DNA of 64,000 bases from Hydrolagus colliei (lineage: Eukaryota), in the NCBI GenBank assembly GCA_035084275.1, contig CM068750.1, positions 7,688,001 to 7,752,000 on the forward strand. Reading direction: 5' to 3'. Shown piece by piece: positions 11,601 to 25,971 of the stretch (within the stretch, counting starts at the first letter, position 1; the number at the start of each line of letters is the position of its first letter). The notes under the pieces are model-generated. The model ran no database searches. It was given only the letters and a program-made list of their open reading frames with translations, and had not been told where the DNA came from. The position numbers were made by a program, and so were the translations under genes.

Positions 11601-13594
11601 AAATTTGCTGAATTTAGACTTTCACTTTTTGCAGCATTTATTCAGAACTCAGACTGAGTATTCTGTCCCACTTGATGTTTATTATCAGAGATTTGTTGGT
11701 TCAATGTTTGCCCAGCAGGGCTGTGGCTTCCTGCTGAGTTATTGTTACCATTTGTTCTTTGATTAAATCCATTCTTGCAAAATAAGGCAATTGGTACATG
11801 TTTCCCCCACATTCGGTTAGAACAGATTCAGTGACTAAAGCAGCCAAGCAAGACTGAGCCCCATCTATCAAGTATTCAGAGGCCTGAACCTCACACAGAT
11901 TCTATTAGAAAATTGCCTTTGAAAGCGGTTCCAACTAGAATCGGTCGGCAGGTGAGGATTGCATAGAATGAACAAACCATTCAACCCAACTAGTCATGCC
12001 AATGTTCATACTCCACATATTCCATCACACCTCCTATTCCACTCTCCTGTATACCACGGTTCCCTTCTAACACATACGAGCATCAGGGTCTCTTTAAAAT
12101 GCTGTAATGCTTTTTACTTCAACCATATTAGTAGATTAGAAATACAATACTATACTAACTTTTTAACTTTGGTTGCAATTAGAAACTTATTTATGAATTC
12201 ATCTTTCTTTCTGTTGCTTGCAATGGTGAGTCACTGTTCCTACCTTCCTCTCCAGGTCTTTAAATCAATGACCCTTTTGCTAAAACCAAGCTGGCAGGTC
12301 TCAGCCTTTTAATTTGCTAGACTTCAACCAGTGCATGCTCCTTCCTTCCTTTGTTCGAGTCTGAAAGAAAGAGCAGTTGTACAAGGATTAGTGTGTGTAT
12401 CCTTGCCATGGCTTGAAGGATAATGGAAATGGCGGAGAGTGTAACTAAGGCATAATGACTGGAAAAGAGAGTCAAAGTTGTGGGAGCATGAAGGAGAATG
12501 TAGCTCGCGAAGGAAAATAGCCTCAAATATACGACCTAAGGAGATGAGGGCAGGATTGACGAAGTGTGGCTGGCACATGAGGATACTCTTAGATTGGATA
12601 AGAGTATCCAATCTAGACTGGGTTTCATGAATGCCACCCACCTATGAAAAATCCCATGTCTGGAAATGGAATGTGTACTCGCTCCCTGGAGGGACATATC
12701 CTGCTTCTCTAATTCTGGGTATTAGAGTATTAGATACAGGTTTCCGAGAGCCACAGCTCAGGGATCTGTATGCGTTGGGGTACCGCTGGAGGCTAAGTAG
12801 CTACAACTGCATGACTCTTGGTTGAAAGCAGTCTAAGCTGTTTCTGCTACTTCTGTCCATACACTCGTTGCCTGCATTTCAGCTGGAATTCTCCCTCTCC
12901 TCATCTTGATTCCCAATTTTATTGCAGCATACAGGGAACCTCAGCAAAATTTACCTTTCTTTTTCAATTTCCCATTGTTTTTTCTGAGACTGTCTGTGCC
13001 AAACCTTTCCCAGACCAAAACATTCTTATGCATTCTCCTGGGACAGCTGGTGTTGCAGTATTTTAATTACATGTCAGGCACACACGCACTTCATACTCAA
13101 CACAGATATAAAATCTTTCCACAACTATAACACAAACTCATAACTCTCAGCTTCTCCGTGTTTCAGTGTCTGGGAACTCAACTCATTTGTCTCCTCAAAC
13201 TGTCAATCATTGCTTAAGTGGGAACTCTGCTCGTCTCCCCTACAAATACAGTCACTACGCTTCACAGTCAATATCCTGCGAAGCGTTTTGAGACATTGAG
13301 ATGACATGATAAAGTGCTGCATCAAATGCAAGGATTATCATCTCAATTCCATCTGGCAGATTCTATTTGTTGAAATTTGCTGATCTTCAGACAAGTCTGT
13401 AAAAGCGAAAAAAAAATGCCCCAGTTTCACAATTATTTGTCACCATCAAAAGGATTTATAACTTCAATTACAATTTTATTTTATTTTATAAATTGTAAGC
13501 CGCCGACTCCCTCCAAGTACTTCCTTCAAAAAGCAGAAAGTAATGGAACTGATCACTGTATTTTTTATATATACAGTACTATATATATATACAA

Positions 13595-13625
<31 letters not shown>

Positions 13626-13630
13626 ATATA

Positions 13631-13715
13631 AACGGAAATCGCTGGGAACACTCAGGTCAGGCAGCATTTATGGAGAGAGGAAAGTGAATTAATGTTTCAG
13701 GTTAATGACCTTTAA
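13631..13715. mobile_element. Partial copy of the Penelope-type element, next to a (TA)n/(GATATA)n microsatellite at 13566-13630
   Basis: ggaaatcgctgggaacactcaggtcaggcagcatttatggagagag...gtttcaggttaatgacctt matches the left arm at 3570-3620. Confidence 0.65.
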
Positions 13716-14749
13716 GAATGTTTTCTTTCTTGTAAAAAAAATGCTTGGGAATTATTTTCCTCAGCTATTGTCACATTGAAAAATGAACTAGCTGAACAAA
13801 TTCCTTAAATCTCAAAGTTACCACATGTAGTTTGACAATTGTTACGAGGACCTTATAATAATAGTCCTCACATTTGATATAGCGCCTTATCACATCATAG
13901 AAATGTCTCAGTAGTACTTAGCCAGATTTACTGTAGAATGTAGTGACTGTGTATTTTGTACTTTATCTTTGTTTACTTAAACCGTTAGTTAAAGACCAGA
14001 CATTATGTGTCTGAAGTGAGCTGAAATGCTGATTTTGAGAACTTAGAAGGGCAAAGTTGTAAAACAATGTTCTGCAGTGGGAATGTCTACATATCTGGAA
14101 TAGTTGGGGGATTTTGAAGACAAAACACACAGACTAACTTTTATTAGAATGAGTCTAAATGATATTACATTAACAAAAACATAGTACATTCACGCACCGA
14201 TATTTCTTTGAGATAAATGCTTTGAAACATACATGACAAGTGGACAATGTCTTTATACTACTTTTCAATCAATGTTACTGCGTGGTAACCTAAGTCTCCT
14301 TTGCCTCAGTGGAATCAGCCTCCTGCTACCTTGGCAGTTTCCTCTCTGTGCCTAACTCCTCAATTCATTTTGACTTTCATTATTAGGTGCTCAAAACATG
14401 GTGGGACATACAGTGAAAGGCCAAGAAAATAGCAGCCAAACTTCACACGGCCAGGCTCCTCGTGAACCACATCCATCAAATGGTAATTGTTTAGCATCGG
14501 CACATCAAATCAAACGGAAAAAAGTCACAAACTTATTAAAAAGGCTTCAAAAGAGGCATAAATGTCAATCCAGTCCATACTTGGCACAAGGCAATTTATG
14601 TAGGTAGAGAATGGGCGTCAGGAATTTCACCCGAGTCAAGATTTACTGTATTTACGTAGCATTTTTGAGCATCTCGAATCCGTCAAATCTTAAATATAGC
14701 CTTAATTTTGCAGACGGTTTTCCTGTAGTTCTACAGAAAAGCAATTTAA

Positions 14750-15012
14750 ATAATAAATAATAATCCTTGCATTTGATACAGTACTTTTCACGTCTTCTGG
14801 ACGTCTCAAAGCTCTTCACAGAATATGCTGTAAATTTTATTAACCGTACATTTGTGGGCGAAACGCAGCAGCCGATTTCCCGCAGCAGTGTCCCACAAAC
14901 AATCCTGGATTGAAATGACCAATCCATTCTTTTTTTGAGGGATTATTATTAGGTGTGTGGAGTAAGGAAACACGCTCAAGATTTCGCCTTGCAGGGAATC
15001 GAACCCAGGTCC
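14750..15012 (-). mobile_element. SINE copy, same family, head truncated
   Basis: taatccttgcatttgatac...gggaatcgaacccaggtc; retains many CpGs. Confidence 0.88.
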
Positions 15013-18000
15013 AATTTCAATGTGAAGACTGAATTTATCAATTTGCCAAATCCTGAGCATTCCAAAATACTACATAGAAGTCCAGATCCGGGAGGAGGAA
15101 TCCCTGTGGCATTTAAATGCATCTGAATGTGCTGATTGATGTTCTTCACTTAACTGTACGAGCAGTTTAAGGTGTGCAAAGGTGGTCACCAGGTGGAGAA
15201 TTTTGCCCACAGAATCTTCTAAAGCTGGCAACCTCCCCTCCAATGCAAGCACGCAAGTATACACACACACATGCACGTACTTATAGACATACACCTACAC
15301 CTTCCTTTAATTGTGGATCACTCTTCTTTTCAATTAAAATAAGATTTAGGTTTTCCTAAACCTTTTAAATGACTACCAATTTACATTTGTAAACACCTCA
15401 AAATGGTTAATGATGCTGTAATAGTTGATAAGATATATACTGTAATTGAATAAACATGCTGGGAATATTGTGGGTTAAAAGTATTAGCGTGTGCCTTCAA
15501 CCCACACTTTTTATTTAATCTTCTAGCAATTTACAAGTCGGATTTAAGTTTTACTTTTAAAGTGGCTGCATTGGCACCAACTCACATATTCTATTTGCAT
15601 ACAGTCTGCTGGAAGAGCAAACTTCATTTGTGTCCATATTCCCTAGATTAGCAGAGAAAATTCATGTGGATCATTGGCAGGAAGAGTAAGCCTATTGCAA
15701 CACTATGACAACAAGGCCAGGGGATATAACGGGGACAGCTGATCGGAAGGGAATGGTTTAACTGGGAAATACGAGCTACTTTACAGATACATCATTGAAT
15801 TACAGCTGTGAAACAGCCCCAGTTACTTGTGAAATTCCGGAGTACGGTAGTTTGCGTTTTGTTTGGGCTTATCGTCTGCTCCAGTCTCAGAAAGCAGCAG
15901 AACACAAATCTTACAATATATCTAGATTATGGACTTGTCTTGTCACAATACTAAGACCTTTGAACTCCTTGGTACTTACTTAACTTATTGTAAATTACCC
16001 AAGTCATTTGAAAAATGACAGTTGCCCAGGGATTTAATAAAAAAAAGCTGTCTGTGCAATTAGAGCTCACTGTACATCATTCCTGCAACCCTGAAGGCAC
16101 TGTCTGCACAGTTCTGTCTTAAATGCCAGTGCACATTTATATGAAATGAGCAAAATTAGTCTACAAAGTCAATGTTTATTTCTTATTCTTATCTAGATTT
16201 TAACGATTGGCATTTTGACACATCATAAATGAGTATTTTGAAATTAAAAATTCAAAACAAAAAGTATTCTTTATAAAGGTCCTCGAGTGATTCAATGGGG
16301 CGAATGCCATCATACTTCTGAGAATGGGGTTCAGCAAAAATTCCTTTAAGTCAGACAACCACATCATATCTTGCTGTCGAATGATTGATAATGCTGTAAT
16401 CAACGTGGTTGATTACAACCACGTTGAATCCACGGCTGTTATCACAGCACTGGTGAAAAGAGGAGATAAACATTGGTGGTAAAACTTCTGAAAAGGAAAA
16501 CATTATGTACTATGAACATTTGTGAATGTATTCAAGACTTGGTTAAAGTTTGTTCTGTGCATAAATATGATGCTGCTATTTAACAAAAAAAATCCTAGTC
16601 ATCGTTTACTCACCGCTTCAACAAAGTATAGAATGAACAAAAATCACATGCCACCATTCAAAAAGAGAATGGGATTTCTGACTGTGTCCTGGCTAACAAT
16701 TCTCTAGATTAAATCAATAATTCAGTTCATGACTATTCATGAGATACTTGTCAATGCAAATGGATGCTGCTTTAGTTTACCAGCCCCAACTTAGGTTCAA
16801 AGCCAATATTGTTGGGACACAACCTTGGGATGTCCTCCTGATGTGAAAGGCACTGTATAAATGTAAATTGTATTGTATTTTGTATTGTACATAAGGAATT
16901 GCTTCATTTCAAAGTAAGGACATCTGAAGCATTTCCAAGATGCAATAGACTTGATAAAGATACTATAAAATGCAAGCTCTCTCTTCATTTCTTGAAATTT
17001 GAGATTCAGAAGATCTTAACATGAAAGAAAGAAAGAAACCAGAATGGTTGTATCTCCCTGGAGTGACCTTGATAGGATTCTAAGCCATTTCTCGCTGTTT
17101 CCTGCATTTCTATTTGTGTAGAAGTGAGATTTAGGATGGATCAGATGGTGAGTCATTAGTGCTTGCTAACAGGATACTTGGCCCATCTATTTTCCAAACA
17201 AAAATCAGACTCGATGGGCCAAACATGCTCATTCTGTGCTACGCTATACATTTTTATGAATCTATTCCAATGGATAACAATTCCAGTTTTGGTAAATTGA
17301 CCCATTATTATTTTTACAGAAAACCTTCTTATGAAGAAATAGCCACCAACTCCTCAGTCAGTGGTCCATTTCTGCAAGCAATAAATAAACCGAAACCTCA
17401 TCTAATTTGGGGCATATCTAAAGGACTGACAATAGAAAGTGAAGAATTCTGTAACAAGGATTTTAATGATAATTCAAATAACCTTTGGATAAAGCAGTAA
17501 AATCATTAAAACAAAATACTGAGCAAAGGGCTGTGTTCTCAACAATCTACCCACTGATGTACATATGCACATATGCCTGTGGCATCTTGTTCCATGCTGG
17601 TTGGAGTTTGAAATGCCATCGGCATTTAACGTCACATAAACCTTTGACAATACTCACCGAGCCATTCGATGGAGAATTCTAGGGTTGCAAAGGACTCATG
17701 CAAAATTCAAGCAAAATACAATGAAGCTAAGTGTTGTGGCTGCTGAATCCGACCGGTTGACTGGGAGACCCTTGCTACGGTTCAGAAATGATGTGCCAGA
17801 TTTCTTTTTCTTTATATAAAAAAAAGGCACATTGTAGTACATCTTTGTATGTGAGCAACTGCGCGAGGAATCATTAACATATTTATATATACACACATTT
17901 GTAATGATATGTACAATTGCAGTTGCCATCTCTTTAGTGTTTGGTAGGAACTTTCCCTGTATATTCTTTCCTTTGCTTCTTACTGACTCTTAATATAACT

Positions 18001-20021
18001 GTCTGGTTTAGATTGCCACTTAGAAGTCTCTCAGCATGCAGGAGCATTCCTGAGTTTCTGATGCATACCACTGACATCTGGTTTTGTATATGTGTTGTGC
18101 ATTACTATTCATCAAGGTTATTTTCAATGGAATCAATAGGTTAATGAGGGATTTTAACAGCGAGGGTTTGTTGCTGAAAACATTGCAAGAAATAAGATAG
18201 TCAGCCCAGAGACTTTGCAGTTAATATTTGTGAATGAAACGGACAGAAGTGGAGAAAAGGTATGTTCAAGAAAACGGGAGTCGACTGGTTACTGAGTGTT
18301 CAAAAATGCACAAACAAAGTTTGATCAAGAACCAAGGACTGGGAAAAGATTCATTTCAAAGGCTTCATTGAACCTGGTTCAGTGATTGGAAATGTGCAAA
18401 CTAATGAAGACCAGCATGTGATGATACATCCTGAAATATCAGGGAGCAGGAAAAAAGTTGCTGCTATTTATTATTCTGTCCATTTAATTCTTGCAAACCT
18501 CTGGAAACCATAATATAGTTTTCCAATCCTGTACACTCTTGCGTGCATCCCCGCCCGCCTGCCCACCCACTCACCCACTCCCACCTATACACACTCCGGG
18601 CATTTTGTCCAGCAGTTTTAAAGTGACTTATGTTATACACTGGGAATCCAAGAAGGTTTGAAGCTTTTCTCATTATCCTAACATTTACCCACAAACTGGA
18701 TTTATTTGTATTCCTTACAACCCCCTTAATATAAGGCCTTTCCCTCTCCAGCTACTTCCTAACACCATTCTGACTGAATCAGATGGCAAAATCTGCCCCC
18801 TCAAATTCATTTCAAAACATCGAGAGATGTGACAAATTTCACATTATGAGCGTGAACACCGGCTGAGCGGAATTTAGATATGTAACACCTATGTTAAGGA
18901 TCTATCAGTGGAGCTTAAAGACTGCAATGTTGCCACTTCATTCGCACATCACACAGGAGGATGGTGGCAAGATACCTTTCTGACCTACCTGTGCATTCTC
19001 TGCAAAAGCATTGTTGCAGCTTAATTGCTGATCCTTTAAAACTGATCTGAAGCTAAAGTTCGGGCTAATATTGAAGCAGCTTGCTGGATTTCAGGTAAAA
19101 TGTGACAAATGATTATACATTGGTTCTCACTGCAAGATTTCCGCCAGCTATGAGAAAATCTAACACTTTCCCTCAACCCAAATCTCTTTGACTCAAGTTC
19201 TGCTCACCACTTAAATAGATTGGACCCTATTTTGTAGGATAAAATATTGGTCATAAAAAGGGACACCTTTTTCTGAAACACTTTAAGATCACTTATGAAC
19301 AAAAATATAAGGTGGCCACAGTAAACTTGAACTGCACGGTTAGACTAGTTCACATTTGAGCAATTGTGGACAGAAGTTTTTAATGAAGAAATATTTAGTT
19401 TGAACAAGTTAAAAAATTTGTTCCACAGATTGTGAAACACAGCTTTTTTTTGAAGTATGTTTTCCATAAAATAAAACTATTTTCCCTTTGCCTTCAGCCC
19501 AAATACCCTGCAATAAACAAATGAAGACCAGGGATCAGGGCTTTTCATGTCTTGGGTTAGTACAGCTGCTGGCATTTCACTAAATTATTCTTTTAATCAT
19601 CATTACCATAACAAGCCTGTGTTTTCTTTTAACAAGACTGCTGCTGATTCACTGCCACACTAACTGCCTCCAGCCAGCAACACCGCACAACTTTCTAAAG
19701 TAACAAACATGACTACAATCCATTACGAATTTTTGTCACAATCCAGCACAGGCTGTAAATCCAACACACTCCACCTTGTGCTATATCAACTGCAAGAATT
19801 ATATTTCAATATTTTCTATAAGTATTCTATTATCGTTGAATTAACACACACTAATTTCCTAAATAATTAATAAAGCTTATAATTGGATACATTTTCTCCA
19901 GGAGCTAATGTGCGAATTTGAAATATAAGCTTGATTTCTTCCATTTACAATCATTTTATTATTAAAAGCACTATCCGTGAAGAAATATGTCTTACCTTTC
20001 TACAACGCCCCATTCATGGAG

Positions 20022-20334
20022 ATAATAAGAATAATCCTCGCATTTGTTATGGTGCTTTTCATGTCTTCTAGATGTCTCAAAGTGCTTCACAGGATATATA
20101 GTACTGTGAAATCAATTGACTATATTTTGTGGGTGAAACAAGGCAGCCAATTGCACACCGCAGTGTCCCACAAACAGTTGTAGATTCGAATGACCAATTT
20201 ATTCTTGTTTTTTTTTAAGGATTATTATCAGTGGTGTGGAGTAAGGAAACTTGCCCATGGTTTTGCCCAGCCTGAAATTGAACCCAGGTCTTTCGTTTGC
20301 AAGACAAGTGCTCTAACCACTGAGCTACAGGACT
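20022..20334 (-). mobile_element. Full-length tRNA-derived SINE with L2-type (TTA)n tail
   Basis: Minus-strand head AGTCCTGTAGCTCAGTGGTTAGAGCAC...CTTGCAA...GGTTCAA (Pol III A/B boxes, Ala-TGC-like loop), shared core, tail ...AAATGCGAGGATTATT. Many homologous copies in the window. Confidence 0.9.
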
Positions 20335-23300
20335 AAATGGTCTCAAAGACTGCGCTTTGACTATTTGCACAATTATTTCGTATTAAATTTGCTGACACCC
20401 CTCCTACCTCCCATCACAAATGTTTTCAGGCCCTCAGTGTTCACCCACCTACATGCTATCACAGGGGCGATAACATTTAAAATATATATATATACCTGTG
20501 TACACATCCATCCATCAACAGACGTAACAATACACATAACTTAAAGCCCAGATCTAGAAAGATTAACAATTTTAAACACTCAATGAATATAGTGTCAGAA
20601 AATATGAAATATCTTTTGCTGGCAATGGGCGTCCTCCCAATGTGAAAGGTACTATATAAATCTAAGTTTGTTGTTGAGGTGGTTTTAAAATTATTATGTC
20701 AGAGAGGCTTAGTCAGCATTCAGCAGGCAGTGTGATTTTGTTTGACTCAACAAATGAGTGTGATGCTGATTTTTTAAAAAATATACATAAATAAATAAAT
20801 AAAAACACAGCTCATCTGATTTCAATCCAAACAAAGCTTGGTTTTGTGCTGTCACCGTCAAAAAACAAAAAATGATTTCAAATCATCTAAAGCCATGACC
20901 CAGATTTGAGCTCATCTCTTGGAATGTGATCCGACTTATAAAATGCACATTTCTTTAAAGTTTTTCTGAATGCTAACATCTGCGTCGTGGAAGGAGCTTG
21001 GCATTGACCTGTTAATTTCTGTTACTCTTCCTTTTTACTCTAAACAACAGTCATAACAAAAGCAGTACAATTGTAGCACTGAAACAAATGGCCTCAGAAT
21101 GTGTTGCATTTAATAGGTGACAGGTTTCAGGAAAAAATTTGATTTGTTTTAGCAAGTCAGTGAGAGAGCAGTCTGATTGCCAAATTGCTCCATCTGTTTG
21201 GCACTGGTTAAAGCTCCTTTGGGATTTTCATTGGTATGAAGACTTATCATCCTCAATACAGCACTTTTACATGAGAAAAAGAATCACTCAATATCATAAA
21301 TTAAGTGACTAAATTATTTCTTCACCTCTGGTTGGCAAGACGCTTGACTCCTTGAATGACAACTAGATAAATCTTGCAGAATCCTATCAAAAATTTGGTA
21401 AACAAATACAACTTTATAACTTGTTAGTTGGGTCTGGAAACGATTATTATAACGCTGGATGTTTACCTGCTTAGAATTCCTTCTAGATTACATTCAAGTT
21501 GATTGTCCATTACCCAAGCAAAGCCTCTCTGGTATACTGCCTGGATCAATTTGTATTACTCATGATTGAGTCAAATTCCTTATTCAGCACTGGGGTTTAC
21601 TGTTATCCTCTGAAGTGTGACGTGTTGGTGTGCAAGAGAGTGGATGGTGTACAACATGGTGGTGTGGTGGGGCAAGAATTTACATTGAGAATCTTCCATA
21701 CACTGGCTGACCTCCATTCTCAGCTATCGTGCCGTGGGTAAGGGCAAAGCAGAGGCCAGATGCTTCCTTACAAGAAGGGAGAGAAATATCATAGCGAGAG
21801 TCATTGCGCATTCCCCTTGTAGACTAGCAAACACTCAGCCTCTGACTATACATGATAGAGGGCATGGAGTCCACCCATTCAATCTGTCCAAAGAGGGCAG
21901 TGTGCAACATGGTTCATGAAACGTACATTAAATAATACATTACATATAAGTTTGAGATTGAGTGTAAAAGATAAATTATCTGAATTTGCATAAAAATGTG
22001 ATCTTTTGGGAAAAGTTCATTAAGATGTGCTCATTAGTAAATTATACTCCAGGCTCTGAAGTTAATACTCAGATTTTGGATTTGCAATGTAAAAGTTGTC
22101 ATTTCAAAGACTAACTTGTACGTGCAAATTAGTTCAAACTGCATAATTCATCAATATCCACCTCCATTTGCCCTTACACTCCCAAATCGCTCTTGCCCAG
22201 GCATAGAAGAAGTTATATTTTATACTTAATTTCTGGATGTAAAGGATTTATTCTGCATATTTTTTGATTTGTAGCTTTAGTTTCAAACACCAAGGGCCTT
22301 GCTAACACAATTACCTAACAGACTATTCAAAATAAAGCAGATTAAATGATTTAGATTGTCATTAAATGATACTGATCACAAACAGATGGCATATGTCAAA
22401 CTCAAAGCATTCCTATTTTTTTCAGAGACAGTTGCAGATGCCAGGAGGGGAAAGCTGTGTCTGATTCCAAAGCTGAACTCAATACTTTTTTTTACTTTTT
22501 TTTTTACTGTTACAGATTTGATCACACGGGGACATGCTTATTTGGAAAATTAACTAATTAGAAAGCAAACCTTGCCTCATGTTGCCATAAACATGAAAAA
22601 AATAGCTCCTTCTTTATCAGTGTCCTCGGTTGCCCTTTATTCAATGCTTCCCATTGCTTGGCAAGCATGCACATTGGAAATGTGAGACACACGACACAGG
22701 CAGTAAAATGATCCTACTGTTTAATCTTTGTAATCTAACTAAATAGTGGTGGTATTAGTAACCAATGCAAGGTGAATTCCACTTTACCAAAATAACGTAT
22801 TTAATAGACCCGAGACGTAGGTTTGCCTACAAATACGGAGTCACTACATTCGCTCTGAGACGCCGTCCGGCATGGAGGGTGCTATATAAATCGAAGTTGT
22901 TGTTGTTGTTGACAGCAACTCTGCCATCCCGTGAAGTACTGAGAAGTCTCAAATAGAAGCATTATTAAATATTTTTGCACAAATTTGCTGTTGATCTCAA
23001 TCAGGACTCCGAGATCAGCAAACACAGTGAGCAGGTAATTTAATACTTCCAGGAATATGAATATGGATCTCATTATAACCATGATCCAAACTGACTGCCA
23101 TTTCCTCTTGAAAAAACTAAATGTGATCAACAGAAAATATGATTGTGGCTTCAGTTTTTCAGTAAAAATCTGCAACAGTTTCTAAAATGATGATATAATT
23201 TGTAGTTCAAGTACTTAACTAGTTCAGTTCATCTTCTTCACCATTTATACTCCCTTTAATTTAAAGATGGTATCCTGTGAAGTGGTATTAAAACACCACA

Positions 23301-24039
23301 ATCCACAGTCAAAGGCTAGCAATGAAACTGCTAATGCATTTGACAACTACAATGACTGTCAGTGAAATCTTCGGGCCATATCAGGCCTAACCATTGCACC
23401 ATTTGTCCCTACAGAGCCAATTCCTAAACAATTGACTGGCCTAACTTCAACCTTAGTCACTAATTAAGAATCACATTACACTTCATATGTAAAATAATCC
23501 AAACAGGAACTGTGAAGAAACATGATTAAACTAATATCAATATCGAGCCTCGATCCTTTCCAACCAACCGTTTAAAAGCAAATTATATTAACCGTACATG
23601 TTATTTTGAAAATCCTCACAACTGATCACTCCGTCGTTGAAACTCGGTGTGAAATTTAGATTGCAAATTGTGTTTTTGTTCCTCCCTTTTTGCAGAAACA
23701 ACTGCACCACTGAATGATGCCATGAAATGAAAAGGCAGTGTAAGGAGCAGAGCAGAGATTCAACCCTAGACACAATCGGTGAAGACATCCATTGAAAACG
23801 AGCCAAAGAATATAGGTAACAACACTGAAGACACACGCATCGGATTTCAGAGACCTGGAGCGTAGTCTGAATCTTTCAAAACTTATTTCAAAAGTTATTT
23901 CTATTCTCTAAGCAGAACTCAAACCCTTCCAGACTAAAAACGGAACAGATCCTTACAATGTAACTGAGACGTTCTTCATGAACACATAGCAACTCTGAGC
24001 CATTCGCAAGTGCTGTATCTGTGTAGAGAAGAAGGAGCT

Positions 24040-24176
24040 ATTGGTCCAACGTGACTTCAACTTGCACCAAACATAACCTGGAATCTGCTTCGCCTCTTGG
24101 TGATAACTAAAATTATACAAACACATGCCAATAAAAAACCCCATAAAAGGGCACATTTAAAATGCTCTCACCGCCC
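24040..24176. promoter_or_regulatory. Candidate cis-regulatory cluster: CArG box, GC box and two CCAAT boxes
   Basis: CCATAAAAGG (CC(A/T)6GG) at 24141-24150, CCGCCC at 24171-24176, CCAAT at 24128-24132, ATTGG at 24040-24044, ACGTGAC at 24049-24055. Motif presence only. Confidence 0.4.
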
Positions 24177-25971
24177 CCTACCCCTCTCTCCCTCTCCCGG
24201 GCAAAAAAAATTAAAAGATAACAGGCTATCCTTACTCTTGAAGCTTTTAGTGACTTGACATATTGCAATAATATTTGGATGAAATCTATTTTCTTTGATT
24301 GCAATCAACAGTGAAAAACAGACAGCTTTGTGAAATTATTTACATTAACACCCATAGCTGCTGAAAGCTGACAGTTAGCAGGTTCATATGTCAAGGAGCT
24401 GAATTTGCTTTAAGGCATCTGCAGTCTTCCCAGCTGCTGAAGAAACTTATCTAATTCAATCGCACATTTAATTCCAAGATAATGCTGTGTGACTTGCCAA
24501 TTCTATGACAGTAGAATATAGAAAAGCATATATATGCCACAAGCTCTTGGTTAAGAATTATTGACTTTGAATTAAACTATTTGCATGTTTATCTAAAACA
24601 GAATCTCATTTTATATATCCCTGACTTAAATTAAATTATACTAACTTGTGGCATACTGGTTAGTGTGAGAGACTCATTTATCAATGTTGCTGGGTGCCAT
24701 AAACGCACAAGTAATTTGATATACAGTATAGTACAATACATGGGTACACATTGCACTCAGTGAGGGTTTTGGTGGGCCGTGCAGTAATGTTGCTACCCAC
24801 TTACCCATGAAATTTTCTTTTATCAAATCAAATAGCTGACATACAGCAGAGCCCTAGTATAAAAACGATAGTTGGGATCAACAAAATCCCAAATAACATT
24901 GTAACACAAGGCATGATGGCTGCTCTGGGTTTCCACAGTTATGTGCAGAAAGCAGGCCAACTTCCCGTGCTAAAAGGTGTCTGATTTCTGGATCATAGGT
25001 TTCCCATAATGTCCATTTATCTGCAATGCCTGGGTTGTAATTGCACTCAGACAGAAATTCTGGCTAGCCGACCTTTATCTGCACAAGCGAAACCATGTTA
25101 CTGTATATTAAAACACATTATAACAGGGTTCCACTATATGCATCAGAAATACTATATAAAAAGATATTGGCATCAATCTCAGGTTTGGCTACATTACATG
25201 TGGCTGTTATTTATAATCAGAGATTGACATGATATAATTTCCCAGAACACAGGGAGTAGCTGTGATCTGCACCTTCCTCAATGCTAAATATAGAGACACT
25301 CTCTATCTAAGCTATGGCCATTATATTTTCCTCAGTGGCACTTTCAGATCCTTACTGTATATAACATCTTGAAATATGCCACCGGCTCAAAACAGTGTTC
25401 TAGCAGAATAACCTTATCAGTATCCCTGGCAATGCATGACACTTTACTTTTGATCTAGTCCAGTACAACTATCTTGTTGCACAGAAGTTACTGATGTTTC
25501 ATCGGAGATGCAAGATAATCAACTCTTCTGGTGTCATTTCAGGAATTGATATCTATAGACTCTTCCTTATGAAGCCGCTGATTTGAGTTTGAATCTGAGC
25601 AAAATTTGAGTTTAAATGCAGTTTTCTTCATATATGCTCCAAGCTGCAGGGATTCATAACGGTCACAGAGCTTGTTACTTTTGATTAAGTGGCTCGATTT
25701 ATGTTGCTTTCAGGTAACTTTCTTTCCATTGAATGTCTCACAGTCAGCAATAAAATATAATGTAATCAATGGGATAAAAGTAAATATCACACTCCACCAA
25801 AAGCGTAATCTCTCCTCATTCAAAATAAATACCTTCAGTAGGATTGTAATGACTCTCAGCAGAAAATTGGATCATTTCAGATGAACTTCGCTCGCTGGAT
25901 TCATTGCAAATTGAATTCCATTCAGAGATATACAACTTATTCTATTTTTATTGAATCAAATAGTTGTTTAA

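Noticed and set aside
11344-11766. Pro/His/Cys-rich 140-aa ORF and overlapping ORFs
   Set aside because: Product of the C-rich minisatellite, open in several frames, with no splice or homology support.
20260-20334. tRNA-Ala(TGC)-like sequence on minus strand (also at about 6890-6962 and 55740-55813)
   Set aside because: It is the head of a SINE: always fused to the same core and L2-type tail, with degenerate stems. Not called as a tRNA gene.
23588-23836. 82-aa minus ORF near the CArG cluster
   Set aside because: No recognisable homology and only weak donor candidates at its end; the 23957 donor upstream is better.
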